From Podarcis tiliguerta (Eukaryota), in assembly GCA_965153285.1 (NCBI GenBank), contig OZ229110.1: a stretch of 64,000 bases of DNA, one strand, 5' to 3'. The translations under genes were made by a program, and so were the position numbers. The notes under the pieces were generated by a model. That model made no database searches. It was given only the letters and a program-made list of their open reading frames with translations, and was not told where the DNA came from. Of the stretch, positions 49,824 to 61,368 are shown in pieces. The first letter of the stretch is position 1. Each line of letters begins with the position of its first letter.

Positions 49824-49913
49824 CTAGACATGAATTGATAACTTGGTTTAGAAAACGCAGCATTATGACTTGGAGTAAGTTATAAAATTCATCTAAGAAA
49901 AATGCTTTCATAC

Positions 49914-50029
49914 CAATAGGATCCTTCACTAAGACTGGTTCTGTTGCTCTGCTTGGCTTTCCTGGCCCAGCAAGATTCTCTGCCACGACACGGAACTTGT
50001 ACTTCTTATGGAACGTGAGACCTTTAACC
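49914..50029 (-). CDS. TTN: TTN exon ~264, FN3 C-part
   Basis: GT-AG, 116 nt, VKGLTFHKKYKFRV. Confidence 0.92.
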
Positions 50030-50242
50030 CTAATAGTAATGATGATAATGCTCCAAATGTAAAATTGGTAATACTAGTCAACACTCTAATTCAATACTCT
50101 GCATCATCACAAGTGCACCTTGTGCATAAAAAAATCAATACCTTTGAACTGTTCAGAGCAAATATCACCCCAAACCAGAGACTCCCTGTGTACATGGAGG
50201 AAGGACTTTCCTATTACTGTATCACTAGAAAGTCTCAGACAC

Positions 50243-50344
50243 AGCTTCCTGAAGCCAATCAGAAGCTACACTTTGGCTTCTGAACGTTTTGGAAGTTGAA
50301 CGGACTTTCGGAACGGATTCAGTTCGACTTCCAAGGTACGACTG
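50243..50344. mobile_element. Right half of a Tigger-like MITE
   Basis: Matches 61270-61368 and ends CCAAGGTACGACTG+TA. Confidence 0.7.
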
Positions 50345-50773
50345 TACTGGGAGTTCAAAAAGCAGCAGACTATATTCATCTCTAAGAAGTTCTGATATCA
50401 GCACTAATCTTATGAGCAGCTGCAGTGATGTAGAATCACATCAGAAGTCACAATCCCATTACTGTTTCCACAGCAGAAATTGGTGCTACTGATAACACAC
50501 ATAGTACAGTTGTCCTATTCAGTGACACTGGTGGATGGTTATGAACATGATTTAGGTAAGGATATTTTCAATGGTTATTGTAGACCCAAAGTATAGACAG
50601 CAATACAATTATTCGATGCTATTACAGAGCACCAGTTAATATTTTATTCTAATGCATGACAAGGAATCAAGTTCAAGAGTATATAAAAGGCAGCTGTTTA
50701 CCTAAAAACAAATAGCAATCTTCTCAGTTACCTAGCTATATTTTTTTAAAAACGAAACATATAATGATCTTAC

Positions 50774-50960
50774 TTGAATGTCGTATCTTTAACTGGGATT
50801 TTATTGCAACGGACCCATTTATCTTGATCAGGGTCCAACCGTTCAACCCAATAACCAGTGATCGGGCTGCCACCATCTTCATCTGGTTCTACCCAAGTCA
50901 AGGTTACAGAATCTTTAGTGATCTCAACAGGCTGAACTCGTGTCGGAGGACCTGGTGGAT
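50774..50960 (-). CDS. TTN: TTN exon ~263, FN3 N-part
   Basis: GT-AG, 187 nt, DPPGPPTRVQPVEI. Confidence 0.92.
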
Positions 50961-51362
50961 CTGTACAAAGAAGTAGAAAGGGGAACATTGACATACTTGC
51001 AATTCCTTGTGTGCAAATGTAATAGGAAGCACCTGCAGCAATAAATGCCATTTCATCAAATAAAACAGTTGCCATGTAGAGGCTGCTTGAAACTGTCTCT
51101 TTGTGGCTGCTGCCTGTTCCACATGACAAGCAGTTTATGTGTACCAGCTTGCCATGAATACTGACCCTTACCCAGAGGCTTATCTCCATGTCAGCAATTA
51201 TAGCGTGGAGACAAACATTATGGTGCGGACTGACCCACACGGAGAAGTGGTACCTATCAATGACACGCCATGTGGAGCGGCTACCACATTATAGTTTCTA
51301 GTAGGCTCCCTTGGCAGCCATCTTGTGACAAGCAGCCCTTTCTGTCAAGCGAATAGACTTAC

Positions 51363-51659
51363 CAAATGGATATTTAGCAACGATAGGAACGGACTGGGCT
51401 GGTTCTCCAACTCCGTACATGTTTTCTGCGCTGACTCTGAAGATGTACTCCTTAAGTGGTGTCAGGTTTGTTACTTTGAATTTTGTTTCTTTGATAGTAG
51501 ATGATAGTTTGTGCCACACTTCACTGTCTGCAGCTCTTTGTTCCAGAACGTAGTTCGTGATTCTGGAGCCGCCATCGTCTCTAGGAGGATTCCAAGTCAA
51601 AGCACAAGATACGTTTGTAATGTCGGAGATATCAAATGCAGCTGGTGGGCCAGGCTTAT
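51363..51659 (-). CDS. TTN: TTN exon ~262, FN3
   Basis: GT-AG, 297 nt, DKPGPPAAFDISDI. Confidence 0.93.
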
Positions 51660-51750
51660 CTGTGGAAGCATAATAGTAGTTTGAACCTCTTCTATTCAAA
51701 TCTTTCGTTAGGAAAACATTGAAAGTTATTTCTGTGGAAACAAAACATAC

Positions 51751-52038
51751 CTAGGACATTAACTTCAACTGTAGCTGTTGCCCGACCGCTGGCATTTACG
51801 GCTTCAATAATATAGGTGCCGCTATCACTTCTTTTGCTCTCTGTTATTATGACTGTGGAATGGTTAGGTTTGGATTCAATGGTTATTCTTTTATCGGGTC
51901 TCAGGGTCTGTTCAGCTTTTGTCCAGCTAATCCGTGGCTCGGGCTTTCCATTTACCCTTGCCGGCAGCTCTATCTTAGTTCCAGCTTTGACAGTGATTCC
52001 AGCAAGCAGTTTCACATCTAGGAAAATCTCAGGGGCCT
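51751..52038 (-). CDS. TTN: TTN exon ~261, Ig
   Basis: GT-AG, 288 nt, EAPEIFLDVKLLAG. Confidence 0.93.
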
Positions 52039-52159
52039 CTGATTTGAGAGAAGAATCAACATATTGTTAAAAAAGAACACGCAACCGTGCACAGCAGAAA
52101 CACATTCACCAGTGTTTTCAAGAGTATAGATTAAGTATGAGTGGGAAATCAAAAATTAC

Positions 52160-52281
52160 CCATTGCATCCATAGCTTGGATTTCATCTGTTGGCTTGCTT
52201 GGTCTACTTGCCCCTTGCCTGTTCAGAGCCTTCACGCGATAAGCATACCATTCTCCTTCCTTAAGTTTTGTCACTTCCATT
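52160..52281 (-). CDS. TTN: TTN exon ~260, FN3 C-part
   Basis: GT-AG, 122 nt, MEVTKLKEGEWYAY. Confidence 0.92.
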
Positions 52282-52373
52282 CTGTTAATCAGAAAACAAG
52301 TTCAGAGTACTGCATATTTAAATGTAACCATCCAATTTTGTGAAACATTTTTCTTCATACTGCAAGCTCTTAC

Positions 52374-52551
52374 TTTGTCTCAATGACTGGCTCGCCACAG
52401 GGCTCCCATTTGTCAGTGCCACGCTGGCATTTTTCAACCAGGTAGCCTTTGATACGAGAACCGCCATCATACTTAGGGGGATCCCACGTGAGGAAAATGG
52501 ACTTAGATGTTGGATCCCTCCATTTCACATTCTCTGGTGGATCAGGCACCG
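52374..52551 (-). CDS. TTN: TTN exon ~259, FN3 N-part
   Basis: GT-AG, 178 nt, TVPDPPENVKWRDP. Confidence 0.92.
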
Positions 52552-52753
52552 CTGCAAGGAGTGGGGAGGAAAGAACATGTATAATTGTCTTGTATATAGT
52601 GTGTGCCTTAGCTTTTTTAATTCTTTACTGTCTCTGGGGTGCTCTTCTCACATTGGTTGGCATCCAACAAGTACCCTGCACAACAGGAAAGACCCATTTG
52701 TGCAAGGTAGCTCCCTGCTTTCTGTCAATTGAGGGTCCACTAATACTAAGCAA

Positions 52754-53078
52754 GGGACACAGGTGGCGCTGTGGGTTAAACCACAGAGCCTAGGACTTGC
52801 CGTTCAGAAGGTTGGTGGTTCGAATCCCCGCGACGGGGTGAGCCAACCTAGCAGTTCGAAAGCATGTCAAAGTGCAAGTAGATAAATAGGTACCGCTCCA
52901 GCAGGAAGGTAAACGGCGTTTCTGTGCGCTGCTCTGGTTCGCCAGAAGTGGCTTAGTCATGCTGGCCATATGACCCAGAAGCTGTACGACGGCTCCCTCG
53001 GCCAATAAAGTAAGATGAGCGCCACAACCCCAGAGTCAGTCACGACTGGACCTAATGGTCAGGGGTCCCTTTACCTTT
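52754..53078 (+). mobile_element. Sauria SINE (different subfamily from the other two)
   Basis: GGGACACAGGTGGCGCTGTGGGTTAAACC, B-box GGTTCGAATCC, ACCTTT tail; imperfect TSD TAATACTAAGCA/TAATACCAAGTA. Confidence 0.88.
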
Positions 53079-53350
53079 TATTTTAATACCAAGTAGCAGC
53101 TCTTCAGTGGGTACTGAGGGCTGCAGTGCAGAAGAGGGTGTGTGTGGAATTTTTTTTGCACATAGTTCCAATTATGCATCTTTGGATCCAAGCCTCAGTT
53201 TTTCTAATACAACAGGTAAGTCATACCAAACCCTTATTGATTCAAACTCTGCTCCTTGCTTTCTTTCAATACTTATGTTGCATAGCACAAGTTACTATGT
53301 AAAATGCAGATATACAAAATCAATAGGAATAGTTAATTAAGAAAACTCAC

Positions 53351-53498
53351 TAGCAGGTGCTGACATGTTGACAGGCTCATCAATGTAAGCAGGCTCTCCT
53401 GGTCCACATTTGTTACATGCTGAGACCCTGAACAAATATTCTTTTCCTTGAACCAGATCTGGTACAGTGAACTCTTGGTCAAGGACGTTGTCGATCAC
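53351..53498 (-). CDS. TTN: TTN exon ~258, FN3 C-part
   Basis: GT-AG, 148 nt, VIDNVLDQEFTVP. Confidence 0.92.
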
Positions 53499-53629
53499 CT
53501 AAAAACAAGAGAGGTTCCAAGTAATTACAGAACTTTTTCCCCCATAGCAAGCACCAGAATATTTCATACCATCTTCAGCAATACATATTAGAAATATAGG
53601 TGTTTTGGTTTCTTAAAGAAACTGCGTAC

Positions 53630-53781
53630 CTTGACCCATGTTTTGCGGCTCACTTCACGCTTTTCAATAAGATAGCCAGTCAATGGGCTTCCTCCATCAT
53701 CTTCAGGAGCTTCCCAATTTAATTGGACTGAGTTCCTAGTTATCTCTCCAATTTGTAGTTCTCTTGGTGCGCTTGGGCGAG
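53630..53781 (-). CDS. TTN: TTN exon ~257, FN3 N-part
   Basis: GT-AG, 152 nt, ARPSAPRELQIGEI. Confidence 0.92.
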
Positions 53782-53812
53782 CTAAAAATAAATACCCATC
53801 ATATTATAAACT

Positions 53813-53815
<3 letters not shown>

Positions 53816-53848
<33 letters not shown>
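53816..53848. repeat. (TA)n microsatellite
   Basis: About 16 TA units, ~33 nt from the exon ~257 acceptor. Confidence 0.95.
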
Positions 53849-53850
<2 letters not shown>

Positions 53851-54129
53851 CTTATTCTTTCTTTGATGGAAGACTTTGGCTGTTTGGTTACACCTACTAG
53901 ATTTTAATTCATGCTTCATTTTTTTTAAAAAGAAAGAAGGATTCTTACTTCTGAGTAAGCATTCTTAGGACAGACTGTTAACTGTTAATAGCTAAGTTTA
54001 TGATCTCCGTTGTATTATAGGGTTTCATAACAAAATGGTACAATAGAAGTTGCCAACCTAGGCTCTCTTGGGAGGAAAAGCAGCACATAAATTTAATAAA
54101 TAAACATGCTGCTGTTGTTTAGTACTATT

Positions 54130-54227
54130 CAGGGGTGCCAACTTGAATAAAATATTGGGGAGGCCCAGATAAGCCCTGCCCCACACAATCGAACACACGT
54201 CTTGGGCCCTAGGAGTTGGCTCCTATG
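54130..54227. mobile_element. Tiny hAT-type MITE (98 bp)
   Basis: TIRs CAGGGGTGCCAACT / AGTTGGCTCCTATG; 8-bp TSD GTACTATT/GTGCTATT. Confidence 0.7.
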
Positions 54228-54336
54228 GTGCTATTAATAACAAATTTGGCTTATTGAAACTTTTGGATTTTACACACATGGTTATTTACAAAACAGGTTA
54301 TATACAATTCTTCAGAATATATACTGGATTGCTCAC

Positions 54337-54621
54337 CAATGACATTAACATTGATTTCTCCTGATACAGATGACACAGGGTTTTCTAATTTCAAGGTATA
54401 GATGCCTTTGTCTGGCCGTTCACTTGGGGTAATAACAAGCTCTGCAAAGGCTGCAGATGTGTCAATTTTCACCCGGTCACCCTGTTCTAAAACTTTGTCG
54501 CCGACAGACCATGTGGCAGTTGGGACTGGATAGCCAGTAATAGGAACACGTATTTTGACGGGATCTGGAACAATAACCTCCAGTCCATCTTTAAATCCGC
54601 TTAAGTCCATCGTAGGCCCAG
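54337..54621 (-). CDS. TTN: TTN exon ~256, Ig
   Basis: GT-AG, 285 nt, TGPTMDLSGFKDGL. Confidence 0.93.
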
Positions 54622-55004
54622 CTGAAATACAAACACAAATTATGCCGATTAAAGTTATAAACTTCCTTTTTTTCTCCACAACACCATTAAAGGGCAATTG
54701 CCTTTGGAATCTGTTTGAATGGAAAGCATTATTATAGATGCCTTCACGTGGCGTTCTATCTATTGAGAACACATCATAAAACTGTTTCATAATGTGATGA
54801 AATTAGCAATATAGAAAGACGATATATAAGATTGCTCCAATTTAAAGACACCTAAATGTTCAATTTAATACAATTTTTAAAAATTAAAAAATTCTGACTT
54901 GTTTAGCAATGCAGCCTTAGAGGACAAATTGTAAATGTAAAACAGTGCTACCTAGTGAACGTTAAGGGTTTCCCTCCATTTTAGTATAGCTTAGATGAGG
55001 CCTA

Positions 55005-55127
55005 GAGACCCTGTGGCCCTCTAGAAGTTGTTTGACTTCAACTCTAATCCCTGGCCTTTGGCCATACTGGCTGGAGCTGATTGGGGTCCAACAACATCAA
55101 GAGGGCCACATGGTCTCCCCACTCCTG
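55005..55127. mobile_element. Degenerate short palindromic MITE
   Basis: Arms GAGACCCTGTGGCCCTCT / AGAGGGCCACATGGTCTC. Confidence 0.55.
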
Positions 55128-55322
55128 TTTTAGACTTTTACTGCTGAGAGGGGGGCTGGTTTTGGTATCCAACGTATGAGAGCAATATTAAAGTATTGTT
55201 TTTATGAACAAGCATGAATTATGACATTCATAATGTCATAGATGTCTCAGATGAACAGATGAATAGTCTCAGATGAACACAACCTTTCCTTGACTATGGC
55301 AAGAAACAAGAATTCAACTTAC

Positions 55323-55437
55323 TGTGAGGATCATCAGCAGTCAGTGGTCCAATAGCTTCAGCAGGATCTGACACACCAGCAGCATTTTCTGCAGATACTC
55401 TATAATAATACCTGGCTAGAGGTTTCAACCCAGTTAC
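55323..55437 (-). CDS. TTN: TTN exon ~255, FN3 C-part
   Basis: GT-AG, 115 nt, VTGLKPLARYYYRV. Confidence 0.92.
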
Positions 55438-55536
55438 CTATGAAGACAGAGGAAAATGTCATAATTAATAATCACTATTTTTTATTTTTTTAAAAAAACC
55501 TTAATAGGCATTTTACTTCGGAAAAGAATATGCTAC

Positions 55537-55724
55537 CTTATAATTAAGACTAGGCACAAGTTTTGCGTTGCAACGGATCCAGTTGTCTGTGTCCTCTTCG
55601 CGCCTTTCAATAATGTAGCCCAGTACTGGGCTGCCTCCATCTTTCAAAGGAGGTTCCCATGTAAGTTTCACAGATGACATAGTTTGGTCAGAATGGTCGA
55701 GGTTAATGGGAGGACTTGGTTTTT
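55537..55724 (-). CDS. TTN: TTN exon ~254, FN3 N-part
   Basis: GT-AG, 188 nt, EKPSPPINLDHSDQ. Confidence 0.92.
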
Positions 55725-55941
55725 CTGCAAAACACAATGATTTGCACAATATGACAGATGGCCAGAATCAGAAGAACTATGCAACTAGTCCCACAAGTCT
55801 GGAAGGGCTACTCTTGAGTTCCTCAAACAGCAGTATCCTAAGACCATGCCAAACTGCTGTTTTGAAACTAGCAGGAATGTCCAAAGTACATGCGATGTGA
55901 TATAGGGGCATGTTGTATATAGAAACAATAGGCATTAGCGC

Positions 55942-56187
55942 AGGGGTGAGCAAACTTTTCCAGCAGGGGGCCAGTCCACTGTCCCTCGGACCTTGTGGAG
56001 GGACGGACTATATTTTTTTTTGGGGGGGGGTATGAACAAATTCCTATGCCCCACAAATAACCCAGAGATGCATTTTAAATAAAAAGGCACATTCTACTCA
56101 TGTAAAAACACGCCAGTTCCCGGACCATCTGTGGGCTGGATTTAGAAGGCGATTGGGCCGGATCCAGCCCCAGGGCCTTAGTTTGCC
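55942..56187. mobile_element. hAT (Charlie-like) MITE, right end damaged
   Basis: Left TIR CAGGGGTGAGCAAACT; right ...GGGCCTTAGTTTGCC; GGGCC subterminal motifs. Confidence 0.6.
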
Positions 56188-56548
56188 TTAGTTTGCATTG
56201 GTGCATATGTGCAAGCCTTAGAGTATGCCAAAGGTAGTTTGCTAGATTCTCACCATAGTCTTCTACTAAATAGATTACAGTATTATTTCCATAGATCCTT
56301 CCTCACTGAACATCAGTGGTGGGTCCTTGTTTTAGAGCTTGTGTGGAGCTTCTATTATTTTCATTTTCTGACACTGCTAATTTCTCAAAACAACATATAT
56401 AATGGTTTCTATGAAACTGAATAATAAACCCTGGACTTTTGTTTGAGATATATCAACTGATTCACTCAAGTCTTTCCTGTTTTCATATTTTATAAGCAAA
56501 TGATATTATAACTATCTAGAAATATTTTCTTATCGTCTGCATACTAAC

Positions 56549-56851
56549 CAATTGGATCCATTATCTTCACCGCATGTGTAGAAGCACTAGGTTTGCCAAT
56601 TCCAACCTGGTTTTGAGCTCTGACTCTGAAAAAGTATTCTTTGTTTTCCACCACATCAGTTAAGGTTCCAGCTAAGTCATGTGCTCCTGTGGTCATGGCT
56701 GGTTCCCACTTGATCGAAGCTCTGTCACGTAATTCAATGATGTAGCCCGTAATCGGAGACCCTCCATCATAATCTGGGGGTTCCCAAGTAAGAGACGCAC
56801 CAAATCTGTTCACATCAACAACTTGTACATTGAGAGGAGGTCCTGGGACAT
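56549..56851 (-). CDS. TTN: TTN exon ~253, FN3
   Basis: GT-AG, 303 nt, DVPGPPLNVQVVDVN. Confidence 0.93.
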
Positions 56852-56945
56852 CTGTAAGGTCATAAGATATTTTTTTTAAAAAATGTTATTATCCCGTTCA
56901 AAAGAACTTCAACAAATTATAGTCTCCAAATAACAATTTTCTTAC

Positions 56946-57248
56946 CAAATCTACTCTTGGCTTCCACAGGTTTGTCTGTTTCGACTGGCTCACCGGTGCC
57001 CACTCTGTTTTTCGCACTCACGCGGAAGAGATACTCCACACCTCCCTTTTGAAGGCCAGTCACTGTGTATTCACAACTGTCGGCACGATCCGTTGCCAAA
57101 ATCCAGGTCTTTCGTTTGACATCACGCCTTTCAACAACATACCCAGTGATTTTACTACCACCATCACTTTCTGGTTCCTCCCAGGCAAGGCTAACTTCAC
57201 CATCAAACGTCTCGGTTACTTCCAGGTTTCTAACTGGGCCAGGGACAT
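56946..57248 (-). CDS. TTN: TTN exon ~252, first FN3 of the I/A junction
   Basis: GT-AG, 303 nt, DVPGPVRNLEVTETF. Confidence 0.93.
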
Positions 57249-57366
57249 CTGGGAATAAAGCGAAAGTATGCTTACTTAAAAGAATTTGGGATTTGCTTTG
57301 AGTTTCATAAAGCAATAACAACTTAGTGAGGTTTGTGAATGCAGTTTCTTCTTTCTCTCATCATTA

Positions 57367-57597
57367 CAGTGGTACCTCAGGTTACATACGCTTCAGGTTA
57401 CATACACTTCAGGTTACAGACTCCGCTAACCCAGAAATAGTGCTTCAGGTTAAGAACTTTGCTTCAGGATGAGAACAGAAATTGCATGGAAGCAGCAGGA
57501 GGCCCCATTAGCTAAAGTGGTGCTTCAGGTTAAGAACAGTTTCAGGTTAAGTACAGACCTCTGGAACGAATTAAGTACTTAACCCAAGGTACCACTG
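57367..57597. mobile_element. Tigger/mariner-like MITE
   Basis: TIRs CAGTGGTACCT / AGGTACCACTG, TA on the left; repeated internal CTTCAGGTTA. Confidence 0.8.
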
Positions 57598-57672
57598 CTT
57601 TCATTTTCCACACCAGAAAAAAAAAAACCAACCCTTGGCCATAGGACAGAGTACAGGAAAAGATGAGCTTAC

Positions 57673-57942
57673 CAATAACTTGAACATTGATGTGTGCTTC
57701 AGCTTGGCCATGCTTATTTTTAAGGATGATTTTGTAACTCCCTCTGTCAGTCGTCTTTGCTTCGTGAATTCTGAAGGTGGTACTCTCAGGTGTTGTATCA
57801 ACAGTAAGAGTGGGCAAGGCTTCTTCTCCCTTCAGCCATTCAGCTTCTGCTCGTGGGTAGGCATCATATGGAACCACCATAGTCAATGGCTGCCCAACAT
57901 CTACCACAAGGTTCTGATCAGCTATCTTTATTCTTGGAGCAG
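57673..57942 (-). CDS. TTN: TTN exon ~251, Ig
   Basis: GT-AG, 270 nt, AAPRIKIADQNL. Confidence 0.93.
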
Positions 57943-58385
57943 CTAGTAAAAAAAAATCAATGAAATACATTACAGAAAATCTGAAACGGAAAACAACAGT
58001 TCAGTGAGCTGTTTGTGATTTTTAAGCAACTTTGGTGCGAAGGGAGAACCAAAATCATAACCATTAGTAATGTTGTATAGACACCATCTTGTCCCATTCT
58101 GGTCAGTGGGGGCACTATTGTTGCCTCCAACATACAAAGATAATTAATCTGTGCTGGGTCATTTTGTCTTCTAAATGCACAGAAGCTACATTAGAAAGCT
58201 GCATAATAAAGGCTACAGAAACACATGAGAATCATCCAACGTGATTGTAGGTTCTCAGTTACAGATCTTTTTTATTACCACTAGAAGTGTGTTAATCACT
58301 GAAATTAACACCCAGAAGAAGTATTTAAAATGTTGCATTACTCATATAAATATTATTTTATTGTTAAAAAAATTTAGAGGCTTAC

Positions 58386-58652
58386 CTGCCAGTTCTAGCT
58401 TAGCTCGAGCTTCTTTATCTTTGGCAATAAATCTATATTCTCCTTGATCGCGAGGCCTAATCTCACAGACTTGCAGCCTATGGACTTTTCCTTCACTCAT
58501 CATTTGGTGTTTATCTCCCTGGACTATTATCATGTTATTTCTCAACCATTTGACTTCCACCTTATCTTTATTCAGTTCAGCAAAGAAAAGGACATCAGAG
58601 CCAGGGGCTTCGTAAATATCTTGCGGTGGCCGGATAATCTCCACAGGAATTT
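58386..58652 (-). CDS. TTN: TTN exon ~250, Ig
   Basis: GT-AG, 267 nt, EIPVEIIRPPQDIY. Confidence 0.93.
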
Positions 58653-58756
58653 CTGGTCAAAATAAGAATAAAATTTAGATTGTGTTGACATACTTTTTTT
58701 TTTTTTTACAAAAAAAATATTGAAAGGTGAAAGATAAATAGACATTGTAAACATAC

Positions 58757-58881
58757 CCTCCACAAAAAGTCTTGCTCTGGATCTCCTGTCATCCACACCA
58801 CAGGAATATTCGCATTCATCCTCTGGCCTGCAGTCTTTTATGATTAACCTGTGTAAATTTCCATCCTTTTCAAACTGATAC
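58757..58881 (-). CDS. TTN: TTN exon ~249, Ig C-part
   Basis: GT-AG, 125 nt, YQFEKDGNLHRL. Confidence 0.9.
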
Positions 58882-58986
58882 CTTTATTGCAGACAGAAAA
58901 AAAAGGATTGTGTGTTAAATTCAGAGGCAAGAATCCAGACAGCAACCATAGTGTACCACCAACCAGTTTAAAGCACCTGCACCTAC

Positions 58987-59395
58987 TTTTTGCCCTCTTT
59001 AATTTCTCGTCCGTTTCTGTACCACTTCACCATTGCTTTCTCTTTGGAAAGCTGGCAACTGAAGACTGCATCATCAAATTCAGTGACTGTCTGGTCCTGC
59101 AAGTGCTCAATGAAATCTGCAGGTGCCTCCGTGATAATAAGCTCTGCAGCCGACTTGTCTTGGCCAGCAGTAACAACGTACTCCCCTTCATCTATAAATC
59201 CACAGTTTTTAATGATAAGCGAATGCTTGTATTTATCCACTTTGTACAAAATGCGGCGGTCAAAGGTGACTTCTTCACCATTCTTTGTCCACTGGAGGGT
59301 TACGTTGAGGCGGTTAACCTTACACCAGAATGTGACAGACTTCTTCTCCATGGTTTCGATGTCTTGAAGAGGCTCAATAATTCTGAGGTCTTCCT
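58987..59395 (-). CDS. TTN: TTN exon ~248, Ig + Ig N-part
   Basis: GT-AG, 409 nt, EEDLRIIEPLQDIE. Confidence 0.93.
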
Positions 59396-59539
59396 CTGTT
59401 TAAGAGAGAAGTGGTTTGAAAAGTGTTGTTAATTTACATCCTTATCCAAACAGTAATTTGGCAAGAGTGAAAGCCTGTGCCACTTAGAATAAGAAAACAC
59501 CAGGACTTTTTTTCCAGCCAGTTCCAGCACCTCTCTCTC

Positions 59540-59815
59540 TCTCTCCCATCAACCCTTCCGTGGGTCCTATTGTTATCCTTTTCAACTGCATATTATATCA
59601 TAGTCCATATTTTATGTCTCTTCATTTTATCCATAATATTTGCTACCTTACAAGTGTTATTGCAGTCCTGCTAATGTTTTATTTGGGTCTCCCAAATAAA
59701 TTATAAATTTCCTCCATTGTTTATTGAAATTTTTGGTCTTCTTGGTTCCTGAGCTTTCCGGTCAGTTTTGCCATTTCGGCATTGCCCAACATCTTAGTCT
59801 GCCATTCCTCTCTGG
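59540..59815 (-). mobile_element. L1 fragment (ORF2 C-terminus/3'UTR), degraded
   Basis: Minus strand reads REEWQTKMLGNAEMAKLTGKLR, resembling squamate L1 ORF2 C-terminal EEW..AEMAKLT. Confidence 0.55.
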
Positions 59816-59918
59816 AATGGCACACCTCTCAAGTGGGCACCATTGCCATTATAAGAGAACAAGAGAGGCATTCATGGAAACTCTTTTTCTAGAATAATAG
59901 CCCTGGGAAAACACTTAC

Positions 59919-60197
59919 CAAGCACAGTCAAAGTAGCAGAGCTCTTTACTTGTTCTCCTCTCTTGTTTGCCAGGACTATGTTGTAGGTTGCTTGGTCATT
60001 CAAATGGGCGTCTCTAATTCTTAGAGTGTAAACTAAATCCTTATGGACCATGATGTATTTTGCGCTGTCGAATATTGCTTCTTCATCTTTGTACCACTTC
60101 GCCTTGGCACCTTCTGTATTAACCTCACAGTTAAATACAAGTTCTTCTCCCTCTTTTACTTGTTGGTCCTTCAGTGGGATGACAATCCTGAGTTTTT
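59919..60197 (-). CDS. TTN: TTN exon ~247, Ig
   Basis: GT-AG, 279 nt, EKLRIVIPLKDQQV. Confidence 0.93.
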
Positions 60198-60300
60198 CTG
60201 CAATTTGAATTTGAATATTATTATTATGATGTGAATTACATCCTCACAAAGGAAATAAAAGCATGCCCACAAATGTATGAGAAAGCCCCATAAAGCTTAC

Positions 60301-60567
60301 CGATCACTGTCAAGCGGGCTGTTGCTTTGGCTGCTCCGACCATGACAGAATAAGTTCCATCGTCATCCAGAACAGACTCTTTAATGACCAGGACTCTCTT
60401 TTTGCCATCAGAAATTATGTCATACTTATCATTGGCTTCAAGAACAGTATCATCCCTTATCCACTGTACGTCAAAGGCTTCTTTGGATACTGAGCAGACA
60501 AATTCTGCTTTTTCTCCTTCAACTACTTCAACGTTCTGTGGCCTGGTTATAAATTCTGCTGCAAGTT
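60301..60567 (-). CDS. TTN: TTN exon ~246, Ig
   Basis: GT-AG, 267 nt, ELAAEFITRPQNVE. Confidence 0.93.
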
Positions 60568-61040
60568 CTGAAAAAGACGTTGGGCATATTGTTTGTTGGT
60601 TTTCGATATGGGGATAAGTAGATCACCCCCCCCCCCCCGATCTAATTGATAACCGAAAATATTTTCAGTCAGCAAAAGACGCCTCAGACTGACTTGACAT
60701 GGCCGTGTCCTAGCATAGAGGACACAACCGTGCATATTCGGTCAATAATAAATGGGTCAAAAACCCTACTCAGCGGCACACATGTCACTAGGACTGGGTG
60801 ATATGTGGTTTTCAACATCGTGATGTTATCACCAGCTAAATACCACAATATGCTGATATATCACAATGTCTGAAATAAGGAGGGAGGAGTAAATAAGATG
60901 AAGAAGCAGCTGAGATGCATCGTCCAGCCCTACAATTGAGCAAGCTCCCATTCTGCTCCAGCTCATGCTGGAGGTGTGGATGTGGGGTGAGCTTCCTTAA
61001 ACTGCTCAGCTGAGGCGCACATGCGCACACAAACACACAG

Positions 61041-61082
61041 AAGGAAGGAAGGAAGGAAGGAAGGAAGGAAGGAAGGAAGGAA
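61041..61082. repeat. (AAGG)n microsatellite
   Basis: About 10 AAGG units. Confidence 0.95.
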
Positions 61083-61148
61083 AGAGCGCCTGTTCATTCA
61101 CCTCAAGGAGACACAGAAGCACCGGCTGACTTTCTGGTTTTTCAAATA

Positions 61149-61368
61149 TAGTCGTGCCTTGGTTTTTGAACAGCTTAGTTCTAAAACGTTTTGGCTTCCG
61201 AACGGCGCAAACCCAGAAGTGAGTGTTCCAGTTTGCAAAATATTTTTGGAAGTTGAACATCCGCCGGGGCTTCCGCAGCCAATCAGAAGCCACACTTTGG
61301 TTTCCAAACGTTTTGGAAGTCAAACGGACTTCCAGAACGGATTCCGTTCGACTTCCAAGGTATGACTG
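61149..61368. mobile_element. Tigger-like MITE nested in the hAT element
   Basis: TIRs TAGTCGTGCCTTGG / CCAAGGTATGACTG, TA on both sides. Confidence 0.8.

Noticed and set aside
57367-57597. Regularly repeated CTTCAGGTTA units resembling a CRISPR-like array
   Set aside because: Eukaryotic intron with irregular spacing, bounded by MITE TIRs; these are internal MITE motifs
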